Assembly (NCBI GenBank): GCA_963736115.1
Contig: CAVTNR010000015.1
Span: 1 to 57,910 of the forward strand
Length of the DNA stretch: 57,910 nucleotides
Origin: an uncultured bacterium
GTDB lineage: Bacteria; Zhuqueibacterota; QNDG01; DTFT01
Direction: 5' to 3'
Shown here: piece by piece, positions 37,601 through 46,898 of the stretch
Layout: each line of letters begins with the position of its first letter
Numbering within the stretch: the stretch's first letter is position 1
The notes under the pieces: model-generated
Databases searched by the model: none
Seen by the model: only the letters and a program-made list of their open reading frames with translations
What the model was told of the DNA's origin: nothing
Translations under genes and position numbers: made by a program

Positions 37601-37749
37601 TCGATTCGGTTGACGTCCATGACCGCGGCGTCAGTCACCGCGGGATTGGCCGGCTTGGTTTTCCCGACCGGAGCCGCGGAGAGGCGGATGCATCCTGCGG
37701 CCGCCCCGATCAGGGCGAGGAGGAAAAGAATGGTTTTTTGATCACGCAT
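34681..37749 (-). CDS. Large secreted protein, paralog 3, with T9SS-like C-terminal domain
   Basis: Signal peptide; FTGGLWVLG, DPDVGNGNDDYVGCD, SGPFTL, YEFEGYNVW, INVFPNPY..FSNLP..IRIFTLSG..WDL. Confidence 0.85.
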   Translation of the reverse strand: MRDQKTILFLLALIGAAAGCIRLSAAPVGKTKPANPAVTDAAVMDVNRIECYIQNNGKIGENPASGGDGFFYPAGQRLTSMLFTGGLWVLGMVNGDVRTACAVYATEYQPGIILPDGSPDDAARTEYGIYTYNRGDAVDQAALDQGCPAEVLGDKMMFCVFNDMTDHAAVFRKTPIGLEVSLTAFGFNRPGALENTLFLKYKLTNKSAKTLDRAFAAMFFDPDVGNGNDDYVGCDTDLDLGYAFNGDNFDDRYGTEIPSLGCDFLQGPIVDAPGMSAVLPDGTTLPDKKILGMTSFFTYISGSPIIGMTDPSMQDPQGAYEAYYFVTGHRANGEPWINPITGEETPFPFNGDPVLDTGWLMSSIASPKDMRMGLGSGPFTLEPGGSQEVVVGLVVGPGKDNLSSISVMKYNDARAQDAYDNNFELASPPPAPQVSVAQDDGSLMLVWDQAGSEYSDKGYEFEGYNVWQGASQSGPWTRAATFDRKNRITMIRDDIFLEEFAIVSNLPVQFGEDTGLRYHFSVEKDYLTGNPLANGRTYWFAVTGYGYNPAGVPKTLESFPAGFAAVPQRPVMDTRYRASILDTIPAPLTAGVSDGTCIVTVMDPAAITGHDYEVTFSEVEDSYSPRNTRTVWHLTDQTTGRVVLQNQHEASGADDESFPIVDGLKVRVTGADLTFKAIIETANEWGPLPQDRWDAAGAPFGGDNVWHALNPSGFGDRHYISGGGGDGGMSRLTRWIDYAVPRDFEIRFTEAGGWGVFAQDDDRVATTPFELWDIGVDTPDDPSDDKRMIPFLGNLNSETRSAWSMTADTDYVMGSRGSDWIYWMDPEGTDGYTRFAAVCAATGAGNIYPYATDGSAEGYYADFHGGFVYPIGRFMICDYDDNGVPPLPGTVIRLLTGKPNREGVKFAFSAADLSKEQSAAVARNRLDEINVFPNPYFGTHGDETAESPQFVTFSNLPEKCTIRIFTLSGRQFRVLRHDNGTPFERWDLRTENGLPVGSAMYLAIVETAFGKRVLKLGIINRE

Positions 37750-37777
37750 GTGGACCCCTCCCAATACCATTTCAACA

Positions 37778-37841
37778 GCTGGGCACTTTCAAGAAGCGCC
37801 CGGCACTAATTTCTCCGTCACTTTCAGAAGCGCCCGGCACC
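37778..37841. repeat. Short repeated palindrome between paralogs 2 and 3
   Basis: CACTTTC(A)AGAAGCGCCCGGCAC twice; the first copy folds as GCTGGGCACTT..AAGCGCCCGGC. Confidence 0.55.
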
Positions 37842-37845
37842 TTGG

Positions 37846-40800
37846 TCACATATGCAAAAAGAGTTGTTCACGATTGATCACGCCCAGCTTCAATATTTTA
37901 TTCCCGAACGCCGTCTCGATGATGGCAATGTACATGGCGCTCCCCACCGGGAGCCCGTTTTCCGTCAACAGATTCCAGCGCTCGAATGGCGTTCCATTGT
38001 CATGCGTCAGGACGCGGAACGGCTGTCCGGAAAGTGTGAAGATCCGGATCAGGCATTCCCCCGGAAGGTTGCTGAACGTCATGAACTGCTCATTCAAGCC
38101 GCTTTCTGCGCTGTGGTGACCGAAGTACGGGTTCGGGAATACATTGATTTCGTCGAGCCGCTTCCGGGCGATCTCCCCGGATTGTTCTTTCGCAAAACCG
38201 GCCATGCTGAAAGCGTACTTCACGGCTTCGTTGTTCGGCTTGCCGGTGAGGATGCGGATCACGGTTCCGGGAAGCGGAGGCACGCCATTGTCGTCCTGGT
38301 CGCAGATTATCATTTCTCCGATTGGCCAGAAGAACCCGCCGTGGAAATTGACCCAGTATCCTTCGGTGCTGCCGTCTGTTGCGCGGGGATAACTGCCGCC
38401 GGCGCCAGCGGCTCCGCAAAAGGCCGCGAACCGGGTGTATCCATCCGGGCAATGGGGGTCCATCCAGTAGATCCAATCGGATGCATTGTATCCAAAATAC
38501 GGATCCTTGTCCGCGGTGGCGGACCATGCGGCCCGTGACTCTCCCCTGGAATTGGAAAGAAAGGGGATCATGCGCACATCGTCCGAAGGATCGTCCGGTG
38601 TGGCAATGCCGATGTCCCAGAGTTCGAAGGGCGTGGTCGCGACCCTGTCATTGTCGAACGCGAATACGGCCCATCCGCCCGCCTCCGTGAACCGGATCTC
38701 GAAGTCGCGCGGAGCCGCGTAGTCGATCCAGGTCGAGAGCCGGTCCATGCCGCCGGTTCCGCCGCCCGCGCTGACATAGTGCCGGTCGCCGAACCCGGAC
38801 GGGCTCAGGGTGTGCCAGACATTGTCTCCTCCGAACGGTTTGCCTGCCGCGTCCCACTTGGACTGCGGAAGAGGTCCCGCTTCATTCGCCACCTCGATGA
38901 TAGCCTTGAACGCGGCAGGTACGCCCGTGACCTTGACTGTAAAACCGTGAACCACTTCGCATTTCTCGGGATCCGATTCCCCGGCTTCGGACTGTTCGGC
39001 CAGTAACGTCTGTCCCGTGGTTTTGTCGGTCAGGTTCCAGACCGGCAGGCTGTCCCCGAGCATGGAAAAAGTGACCTCGTATTCATGACCCGTGATCGCT
39101 GCCGGGTCCATGACTGTGACAACACATTTTCCGTCACTGATGCCTGAAACCAGCGGAGCGGGGATGATTTCGAGCATCGCCGTGTTGTATTCGGTGTCCA
39201 GGACGGGCCGCTGAGGAATGGCCGCGACCTCGGTCCGGGGCGTCTCGATTGTCCTGGGGATGCCGTCAGGATTATACACGTATCCGGTCACCGCGAAGTA
39301 GTATTTTCTACCGTTGACCACGGGCTTGTCGGTCAGGTAATCCTTTTCCACGAAGAAGTTGTACCGTAAGCCCGTATCACTTCCCTCCTGCGCAGGCACC
39401 CGAACCATGGTGCCATAGTCCGCGTCGTATATGTCATCGACGATGAGTGTGACCCGGTTTTTCCTGTCAATGGTCGCCACTTTGGCCCACGGGCCTGCCG
39501 CTGAGCCGGCCTGCCAGATATTGTACCCCTCGAACTCATAGCCTCCGGAGGAGTATTCCGAGCTGGCCTTGTCCCAGATCAGCATGAGTTCCCCGTCGTC
39601 CGTCGCCACCGTGACCCGGGGCAAAGGCGGAAGGGAGGGTATTTCGAAATTGGAGTCGTACGCGGCCTGGGCCTGTCTGTCGTAGTGCTTCATGAGGGAG
39701 ACGGAAGACAGGTGGTCCGAACCCTGCCCCACAACGAGACCGATCACCAATTCCTTGGGATCGTTCGGCGCCAGCGAAAATGGACCGGAGGAAAGACCCA
39801 TCCGTACGTCTCTGGGAGTTATGATCGAACTGACGAGCCATCCCGTATTCAGAACCGGGTCTCCGGAGAACGGGAACTTGGTCTCGAGTCCGGTGTCCGG
39901 ATCAACCCAGGGATCTCCATTCGTGAGGAATCCGTTGACGTAATGATAAGCCTCCCAGCCGCCCTGCGCATCCATCAGTGAGGGATCCGACATTCCGGTG
40001 GTATGCTTTAAATTGCCGTAAAACGAAGTCATGCCCAGAATTTTCTTGTCCGCGAGAACCGTGCCGTCCGGCAGGACCGCGGATTCGCCCGGCGCGTCAA
40101 CGATCGGTCCCTGAAAAAAATCGCATCCCAGGGCCGGCACCTCGGCTCCGTATTTGTAGTCGTAATTGTCCCCGTTGAACACGAACGCGATGCCGAGGTC
40201 CGTATCGCAGCCTACGTAATCATCGTTCCCGTCTCCGTTGTCCGGATCAAAAAACATGGACACAAAAGCGCTGTCGAGCGTCCGGACGCCCTTGTTCGTG
40301 AGTTTGAACTTATAGAACAGCGTGTTCCCCAGCGCGCCGGGCCGGTCGAACCCGAATGCCGTGAGAGTCACCTCGAGTCCGATCGGGGGTGTCAGGAACA
40401 CATTGGAGTGATCGGTCATGTCGTTGAACACGCAGAACATCATCTTGTCGCCGAGTACTTCGGAGGGGCAGCCCTGATCGAGGGCCGTTTGATCGACCAC
40501 ATCACCTTTGTTGTACGTGTAGATCTTGTACTCGGACTTGGCGGCATCGTCCGGCCTGCCGTTTGGCAGAATCATGCCGGGCTGGAATTCGGTGGCGTAA
40601 TCCGCGCATGCGGTGCGGAGTTCACCGTTCACCATCCCGAGCACCCAGAGCCCCCAGTGAAGAGGATGGAGGTGTTGCGCTGACCCTTCGGATAGAAGAA
40701 ACCGTCACCGCCGGATGAAGAGCGTTCCCCGATCTTGCCGTTGTTCTGGATGTAGCAATCGATCTGGTTCACGCCCAGGACAGCCAGGTCAACCACGTCC

Positions 40801-40910
40801 GGGCTCGCGGACCGGGATCTGCCGTCCGTTGGGGCCGCGGCTACGCGGATGAAGCACAGGCATGTGAGGATTAAAGTAAGGAAGAACCGCGAAGTCCGAT
40901 GAGACCGCAT
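37846..40910 (-). CDS. Large secreted protein, paralog 2; one frameshift at 40651-40655
   Basis: ORF 40629-40997 supplies the signal peptide and N-terminus, ORF 37846-40644 the rest; one extra G in a G5 run restores FTGGLWVLG. Confidence 0.85.
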
Positions 40911-40944
40911 GGAGAACCCTCCCTTGTGCCGGTAAATTGACCGA

Positions 40945-41032
40945 ATTCCCTCCGGGAGGCTGCAAGCCTCCCGGAGGGAATCATTTCCCGTGACCAAAGC
41001 CTCCCGCGGATTTAAAAACCTGCGGGAGGCTT
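40945..41032. repeat. Twin GC-rich hairpins (REP-like or terminator)
   Basis: ATTCCCTCCGGGAGGCT-GCA-AGCCTCCCGGAGGGAAT and AAGCCTCCCGCGG..CCTGCGGGAGGCTT; related sequence at 29609-29640. Confidence 0.65.
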
Positions 41033-41066
41033 CCTGATCTTATCCGAATCCGGGGCGTCTCAACCC

Positions 41067-42483
41067 CTAATACTGCCCCGTTCTCGCCATGTCCTTCCAG
41101 CCGTTGTTCGAGATCTCACCGCGCTTGTTGGAATGAACCAGCCGGTATTCCCGGTCCATGTTGAAATCCACGAACACGAACTGCACGCCGCTTTCAAGTT
41201 CGTCGTAATACCAGACTTCGTAGGGACGCATGCCCTGTTCGTTCGGATACGCCATGGACGATGTCGGGTCCCCGTACAGAAGGAACACGCGTCCGCGGTC
41301 CGTCTTCCACCCCTCCTCCCGGAAGCTCCGGTACCGCTGGTTGGCGATCTGAATCCGCCGCAGGTAGTCGAGACGCGTTTCATTGACGATCGTCCTGGGT
41401 TCGGAATCAAGCTTTCGCCAGAACTCGAAAAGCCACCGTCCCTTGGCGGCCGCGTCCGTCAGGCCGTTAAACTCCTTCCGCTCGTTCTTGCGCATGAGGA
41501 CCGTCGCGCGCTCGAATTCCGCGTCCAGCTCGGCCTCGCCCATGCCCCCGAACTCGCTCGCCAGATAAAGTTGAAGAGCGCTCGCGGCCGGGTCCGCAGA
41601 TGCGTCTTCGCCGGGGTTATACACGAAAAACGGGACCGTCCGTTCGTCCAGCACATCGCCGTTGCGACGAAGCAAGTCGAACAGCGAGTCGGTACGAACC
41701 GCCCGGCAGAAGCCCGACCCTCACCGCGCCCCATTCGACCGCGGATTCAGCCGGAGCCGGCCTCATTCGGCGGCCGGGTTCCATATCCGGAACGGCCGCG
41801 CCGGAGCGGGACTGCACAACGGTTTCGAGCGTGTACCCGGAATCCGCGGCCAGTCCCGTCAGTCCGTACAGTTCCGTGTAGAAGTAAAGGAAAGGCGAAT
41901 TCTCGGAAAAAACCGGCTTGGGATTGGGCACGACCTGAAGCGAGTTCTTGAAAAACGGGTGATTGTGCTCCTGAAAATTCGCCGTTACTTTTGTGGCCAG
42001 GCGGATCTGGCTGAGGCAGGGCCGGTCGTCCGGGTATTCCGGGACGATCATGTCCGCGGCCGTCTCGGCGGTCCTATCCCCGGCCTGGTCGTCCCGGAAA
42101 GTCAGGACGGCCCTGTAGACCCCGGGCTTGAGCAGAAAACGGATGACATCCGTAAAATCCAGGTCTTCCCGCAGTCCGGCCGTATCCGCCAGTGTATTCT
42201 CGCTCCGCCATTGCCGTTCCGTCACGGTGGAGTCTCCGGAACGAATGGCCAGATCGAACACGCCGGACCATTTGAAGACGTTTTCTTTCGTGCGGACGTA
42301 GACCGCCTGCCGCCTGGGTATCGAAAAGGCGGCCTCCACGAGCGCGCTGTCCGCATCGTAGCGGAATGATACCGCGTCGAGGGACAGCGTGACGGGTGCC
42401 GCTGAGTACGCGGCAGTCTCCGGACCGCTGACAAAAACGCCCGCCGCGGCGAGCGTCAGGATAATCAGGCCCTTGCGTTTCAT
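41067..42483 (-). CDS. GWxTD domain protein; frameshift near 41660-41690
   Basis: Signal peptide and beta-rich N-terminus (ORF 41617-42483); FW..LD..P.T..NE..Y..R..AN..EGWKTDRGRVFLLYG.P..YEVWYY..FVFVD (ORF 41067-41675). Confidence 0.88.
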
Positions 42484-42563
42484 TCATTCCTTTCGTGCCG
42501 CCTTTCCGTCTCCGGTCCGCCCGGGCTCCGGTAAACCGCCGGGCGCACGCCGGAGGCGGCGGC

Positions 42564-42602
42564 AAAAAAAAGAGAGGTTGACAACCGGGTTGTCAACCTC
42601 TC
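42564..42602 (-). terminator. Strong intrinsic terminator after the PorV-like gene
   Basis: GAGAGGTTGACAAC-CCG-GTTGTCAACCTCTC followed by T8. Confidence 0.85.
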
Positions 42603-42633
42603 GATGTGATGCTTCAGGCTGTCCGGCGCGGTC

Positions 42634-43683
42634 TTAGAAAATGACTTTTGCCGTGAACAGCAGGTTCTCGCTGAAGTATTCGGTGGTGCGGTAGGCGAAA
42701 TCGAACGCCACCTTCATCTGCTGGGCCATCGGGTACATCAGCCCCATGCCGAAGGCGGGCCCGTAGATGTAGGTCTTGCCGCCGGCCGCGTCTTCGCCGC
42801 TCTCGTTCAGGGCGTAGGTGTAGCCTCCCCGGACGAAGAACATATGGTTCACATCGACCTCGATGCCGCCGCTGACTTCGTCGTTCAGGAAATTGTTGTT
42901 GCGGAAGTTGGCCATCAGGGTCATGTCTACCTTGTCCACCACGGGACGGGCATACGACAGGCCCATCTCAAACGTGGAGGGGAGCTCCGATTCCTGCGCG
43001 ACGATCCGGAGATTCTGGGGCGGTGCGCCGGAGGGCGTTCCCGGGATTTCCACGCGCCGTTCCAGATCGGTGCCGTCGAAGCGGATCGGTGTTCCCACGT
43101 TCTTCATCGCCACGCCGAGGCGCACGCCGATGGAGGTCAGGTACTGAACCCCCATGTCGAAGGCAAACGCCGAAGCGGAGGTGGTCATGATCTTCTCGCT
43201 GATGAACTTGACGTTTCCGCCCACGAAGATGCGGTCGGTCATGCTGCGGGAATAGGTGGCGCCGAGCGTCATGTAAGTCGGCGACCACATCGAGCCTGTG
43301 CCGTCCGGATTATTCGTGGTGGTGACGGCGATGTCCCCGAAGGACAGGCTCTGAAAGCTCACGCCGATGCTTCCGAGTCCGGTCTTCACGGCCAGGGCGC
43401 CGTAGGTCACATTGATGTCCGCGATGTACTTCATGTACGAAAACATGGCTTCAGTGGACGAGCTGGTGTTCGCCACGCCGGCGGGGTTCCAGAAAATGGC
43501 GTCCACGCCGTTGATGCAGGCCATGGAGGCGCCGCCCAGCGCGACCCCTCTCGATCCGACGGGGATGAGCAGTTCTTCGGCCCCGGCGGTGCCTTTCTTC
43601 TCCGGGTTCCCGGCCCACGCCTGAAAACCGAGGCCGATCACCGCGAGAAGGGCGACAGTGAGGATCAAACGGTTATGTTTCAT
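42634..43683 (-). CDS. PorV/PorQ family (UPF0164-like) outer membrane beta-barrel
   Basis: GTAGAEELLIPVGSRGVALGGA..AIFWNPAG, AFDMGVQY, C-terminal Phe. Confidence 0.85.
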   Translation of the reverse strand: MKHNRLILTVALLAVIGLGFQAWAGNPEKKGTAGAEELLIPVGSRGVALGGASMACINGVDAIFWNPAGVANTSSSTEAMFSYMKYIADINVTYGALAVKTGLGSIGVSFQSLSFGDIAVTTTNNPDGTGSMWSPTYMTLGATYSRSMTDRIFVGGNVKFISEKIMTTSASAFAFDMGVQYLTSIGVRLGVAMKNVGTPIRFDGTDLERRVEIPGTPSGAPPQNLRIVAQESELPSTFEMGLSYARPVVDKVDMTLMANFRNNNFLNDEVSGGIEVDVNHMFFVRGGYTYALNESGEDAAGGKTYIYGPAFGMGLMYPMAQQMKVAFDFAYRTTEYFSENLLFTAKVIF

Positions 43684-43747
43684 TGCGCGCACTCCCATTT
43701 TTTTCCAGGATCGGTGACGTTCAATCGGAACGGATGCATGACGCCGC

Positions 43748-46700
43748 CTACATGTGCAGGTAGCGCTGTTCACGATTGACCACGCCCAGTTTCAGGATTT
43801 TTTCTCCGAAGGCCGTCTCGACATGCACGATGAACATGCCGCTCGCGACCGGGAGCCGCTCTTCGTTCTGGAGGTTCCAGCGCTCAAAGGGCGTGCCGTT
43901 GTCGTGCACCAGTGTGCGGACGAGCTGTCCGGCGAGGGAGAAAATCCGGATCGTGCATTGTTCAGGCAGGTTGTTGAACGTCACGATCTGTTCGAAGTGA
44001 CTGCCTTCCGCGTCGCTGTGCCCGAAATAGGGGTTCGGAAACACATTGATCTCAGCCAACCGCTTTTCCGCGATCTCATCGGACTTTGCCTTCGCGGCGT
44101 CAGCGGTGCTGAACGCGAATTTCACGGCTTCGTTGTTCGGCTTTCCGGTGAGGAGTCGGATCACGGTTCCGGTGAGCGGTCCCGTTCCGTCGTCGTTGTA
44201 GTCGCCGAGAATGAAGCGACCGATCGGGTATACGAATCCGCCGTAGAAAGTGGCGTAGTAGCCTTCAGCGCTGCCGTCCGTGGCATAGGGATAGGTGTTC
44301 CCCGCTCCGGTTGTTGCGCAGACAGACGCGAAATTATTATACCCGTTCGCGTCCTGCGGATCCATCCAGTAGATCCAGTCGGAGGCGTTGTAACCGAAAT
44401 ACGGGTCGACGTCCGAAACCGGCGACCAGGCGCCACGGGTTTCTCCCGCGGTGTTGGTCATGAACGGGATCATCCGGATGTCGTCCGACGGATCGTTCGG
44501 CGTGTTGATGCCGATGTCCCAGATCTCGAACGGCGTGGTCGCGACCATGTCGTTGTCGAACGCGAAAACACCCCATCCGCCCGCTTCCGTGAACCGGATC
44601 TCGAAGTCACGCGGAATCGCGTAACCGATCCACCGCGTCAGCCGGTCCATGCCGCCGGTGCCGCCGCCGCCGCTGACGTAGTGGCGGTCACCGAACCCGG
44701 ACGGGCTCAATGCGTGCCAGACATTGTCGCCGCCGAAAGGCTTGCCTGCCGCGTCCATCTTGGCTTCGGGCAGCGGACCCGCCTCGTTCGCCACTTCGAT
44801 GATGGCCTTGAACGTCAGCGCGGCGCCCGTGACCTTGATCGTCAGGCCGTCCACGACCGGGAAGTTCGCGTCGTCCGCGGTCGCCTCGGGCTGGTTGCGA
44901 AGAACCACCCGACCCGTGGTCTTGTCGGTCAGGTGCCACACCAGCTGACCGTTCAGCGGGCTGTTCGCGTCGTCCATGGTGGAGAACGTCACCTCATAAT
45001 CGTGCCCGGTGAGGGCCGCGGGATTGATGACCGTCACGGTCACTTTACCGTCACTGACGCCCGACATCAGCGGCGCCGGAATGACCTGGAGCATGTCCGC
45101 GTTGTATTCGGTGTCGAGCACGGGCTTTTGCGGAACGGCCACAAAACCCGTCTGCGCGTTCTCGAGCGTCTTCGGCACGCCGTCCGGATTGTACGCGTAG
45201 CTGGTCACCGCGAAATAATAGGATTTGCCGTTGACCAGCGGCGTGTTGTTCAGGTAATCCTTCTCCACGAAAAAGTTGTACCGGAGTCCGGCGTCGCCGC
45301 CGAACTGCACGGGCATGTTGAGCACCGTGGCGAGTTCCGGGCTGTAAGCGTCGTCCCAGATCGTGGTGACCAGATTTTTCTTGTCGATGGTGGCCACCCG
45401 GGTCCACGGACCCGCCTGAGAGGCGCCCTGCCAGATATTGTAGCCTTCGAACTCGTAGCCCTTGTCCGAAAAATCGGAACTGGACTGGTTCCAGTACAGC
45501 ATCAGATCTTCGTCGTCCTGCGCCACGGTGACCTGCGGCACGGGCGGCGGGGAGGCCAGGTCGAAATCTTTGTCATACGCGGCCTGGGCCTGCTTGTCGT
45601 AGTACTTCATGATGGACACGGACGACATGTTGTCCGCCCCATGGCCCACAACGATTCCGATCACCACTTCCTTGGGGTCGTTCTGTGCCAGCGTGAAAGG
45701 ACCCGCGGCCAGGCCCATGCGCATGTCCTTGGGCGCCGTGATCGAGCTCATCAGCCATCCCGTGTTCAGGACGGGATCTCCGTCGAACGGGAAACTGGTC
45801 TCTTCTCCGGTGATCGAATTGGTCCAGGGCTCGCCGTTGCCGCGGAAACCGTTGACGAAGAAATAGGCTTCCTGCGCGCCCTGCGCGTCCTGCAGGGAGG
45901 GGTCGCTCATGCCGGTGATGGGCGAGCCGTTGATATAGGCGAAAAACGACGTCATCTGCAGGATTTTCTTGTCCGGCAGAACGGTTCCGTCGGGCAGGAC
46001 AGCCGATTCTCCCGGGGCGTCCACGATGGGGCCCTGGAAGAAATCGCATCCCATGGACGGCACGGCCGTGCCGTACTTGGTGTCGTAATTGTCGCCGTTG
46101 AACACGTAGCCGATTCCCAGATCCGTGTCGCAGCCGACGAAATCGTCGTTTCCGTCCCCGAGATCCGGGTCGAAGAACACGGCCACGAAGGTGCTGTCAA
46201 GCGTGTTCGCGCCCTTGTTCGTGAACCTGAACTTGTAGAACAGGGTGTTGCCCATGGCGCCGGTCTGATTGAACCCGAAGGCCGTAAGGGAGACCTCGAG
46301 GCCGATCGGCGGCTTGGTGAACACCGGGGTGTGGTCGGTCACGTCATTGTACACGGTGAACATCATCTTGTCGCCGAGCACCGTCGTCGGACATCCCTGC
46401 GCAATCGCAGCCGCGTCCACCGTCTCGCCCTTGTTGTAGGTGTAGATTTTGTACTCTTCCTTGGTGGCGTCGTCGGCGTTTCCGTCCGGCAGAATTATGC
46501 CGGGCTGATATTCGGTGGAGTAATCCGCGCAAGCGGTCCGGATGTCGCCGTTCACCTTGCCCAGCACCCAGATGCCGCCGGTGAAGATGATGGAGGCGTT
46601 CCGCTGGCCCTTGGGATAAAAGAAGCCGTCGCCTCCGCTTGTGGGATTTTCTCCGATTTTTCCGTTGTTCTGGATGTAGCATTCAATCTGGTTCACGTCC

Positions 46701-46831
46701 ATGATCTGCGCGTCATACACGGCGGGTTTGGCCAGTTTGGCCTTTCCCGCCGGAGCCGCGGCGAGGCGGACGGACAATGCGGCCGCCCCCATCAGGACGA
46801 GGAGAAACAGCATGGGCTTATTCAAACGCAT
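43748..46831 (-). CDS. Large secreted protein, paralog 1, with T9SS-like C-terminal domain
   Basis: Same architecture as paralogs 2 and 3; directly between the TonB-dependent receptor and the PorV-like gene. Confidence 0.88.
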   Translation of the reverse strand: MRLNKPMLFLLVLMGAAALSVRLAAAPAGKAKLAKPAVYDAQIMDVNQIECYIQNNGKIGENPTSGGDGFFYPKGQRNASIIFTGGIWVLGKVNGDIRTACADYSTEYQPGIILPDGNADDATKEEYKIYTYNKGETVDAAAIAQGCPTTVLGDKMMFTVYNDVTDHTPVFTKPPIGLEVSLTAFGFNQTGAMGNTLFYKFRFTNKGANTLDSTFVAVFFDPDLGDGNDDFVGCDTDLGIGYVFNGDNYDTKYGTAVPSMGCDFFQGPIVDAPGESAVLPDGTVLPDKKILQMTSFFAYINGSPITGMSDPSLQDAQGAQEAYFFVNGFRGNGEPWTNSITGEETSFPFDGDPVLNTGWLMSSITAPKDMRMGLAAGPFTLAQNDPKEVVIGIVVGHGADNMSSVSIMKYYDKQAQAAYDKDFDLASPPPVPQVTVAQDDEDLMLYWNQSSSDFSDKGYEFEGYNIWQGASQAGPWTRVATIDKKNLVTTIWDDAYSPELATVLNMPVQFGGDAGLRYNFFVEKDYLNNTPLVNGKSYYFAVTSYAYNPDGVPKTLENAQTGFVAVPQKPVLDTEYNADMLQVIPAPLMSGVSDGKVTVTVINPAALTGHDYEVTFSTMDDANSPLNGQLVWHLTDKTTGRVVLRNQPEATADDANFPVVDGLTIKVTGAALTFKAIIEVANEAGPLPEAKMDAAGKPFGGDNVWHALSPSGFGDRHYVSGGGGTGGMDRLTRWIGYAIPRDFEIRFTEAGGWGVFAFDNDMVATTPFEIWDIGINTPNDPSDDIRMIPFMTNTAGETRGAWSPVSDVDPYFGYNASDWIYWMDPQDANGYNNFASVCATTGAGNTYPYATDGSAEGYYATFYGGFVYPIGRFILGDYNDDGTGPLTGTVIRLLTGKPNNEAVKFAFSTADAAKAKSDEIAEKRLAEINVFPNPYFGHSDAEGSHFEQIVTFNNLPEQCTIRIFSLAGQLVRTLVHDNGTPFERWNLQNEERLPVASGMFIVHVETAFGEKILKLGVVNREQRYLHM

Positions 46832-46898
46832 AGGGGATTCTCCTTTTTGATTGTGCCCGCCCCCCGTCGGGGGGGCGGGTCAAAAGGCTCACCGCGGC

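Noticed and set aside
34681-46831. Diversity-generating retroelement among the paralogs
   Set aside because: No reverse transcriptase, and differences are spread over whole genes rather than confined to adenines of a short template repeat.
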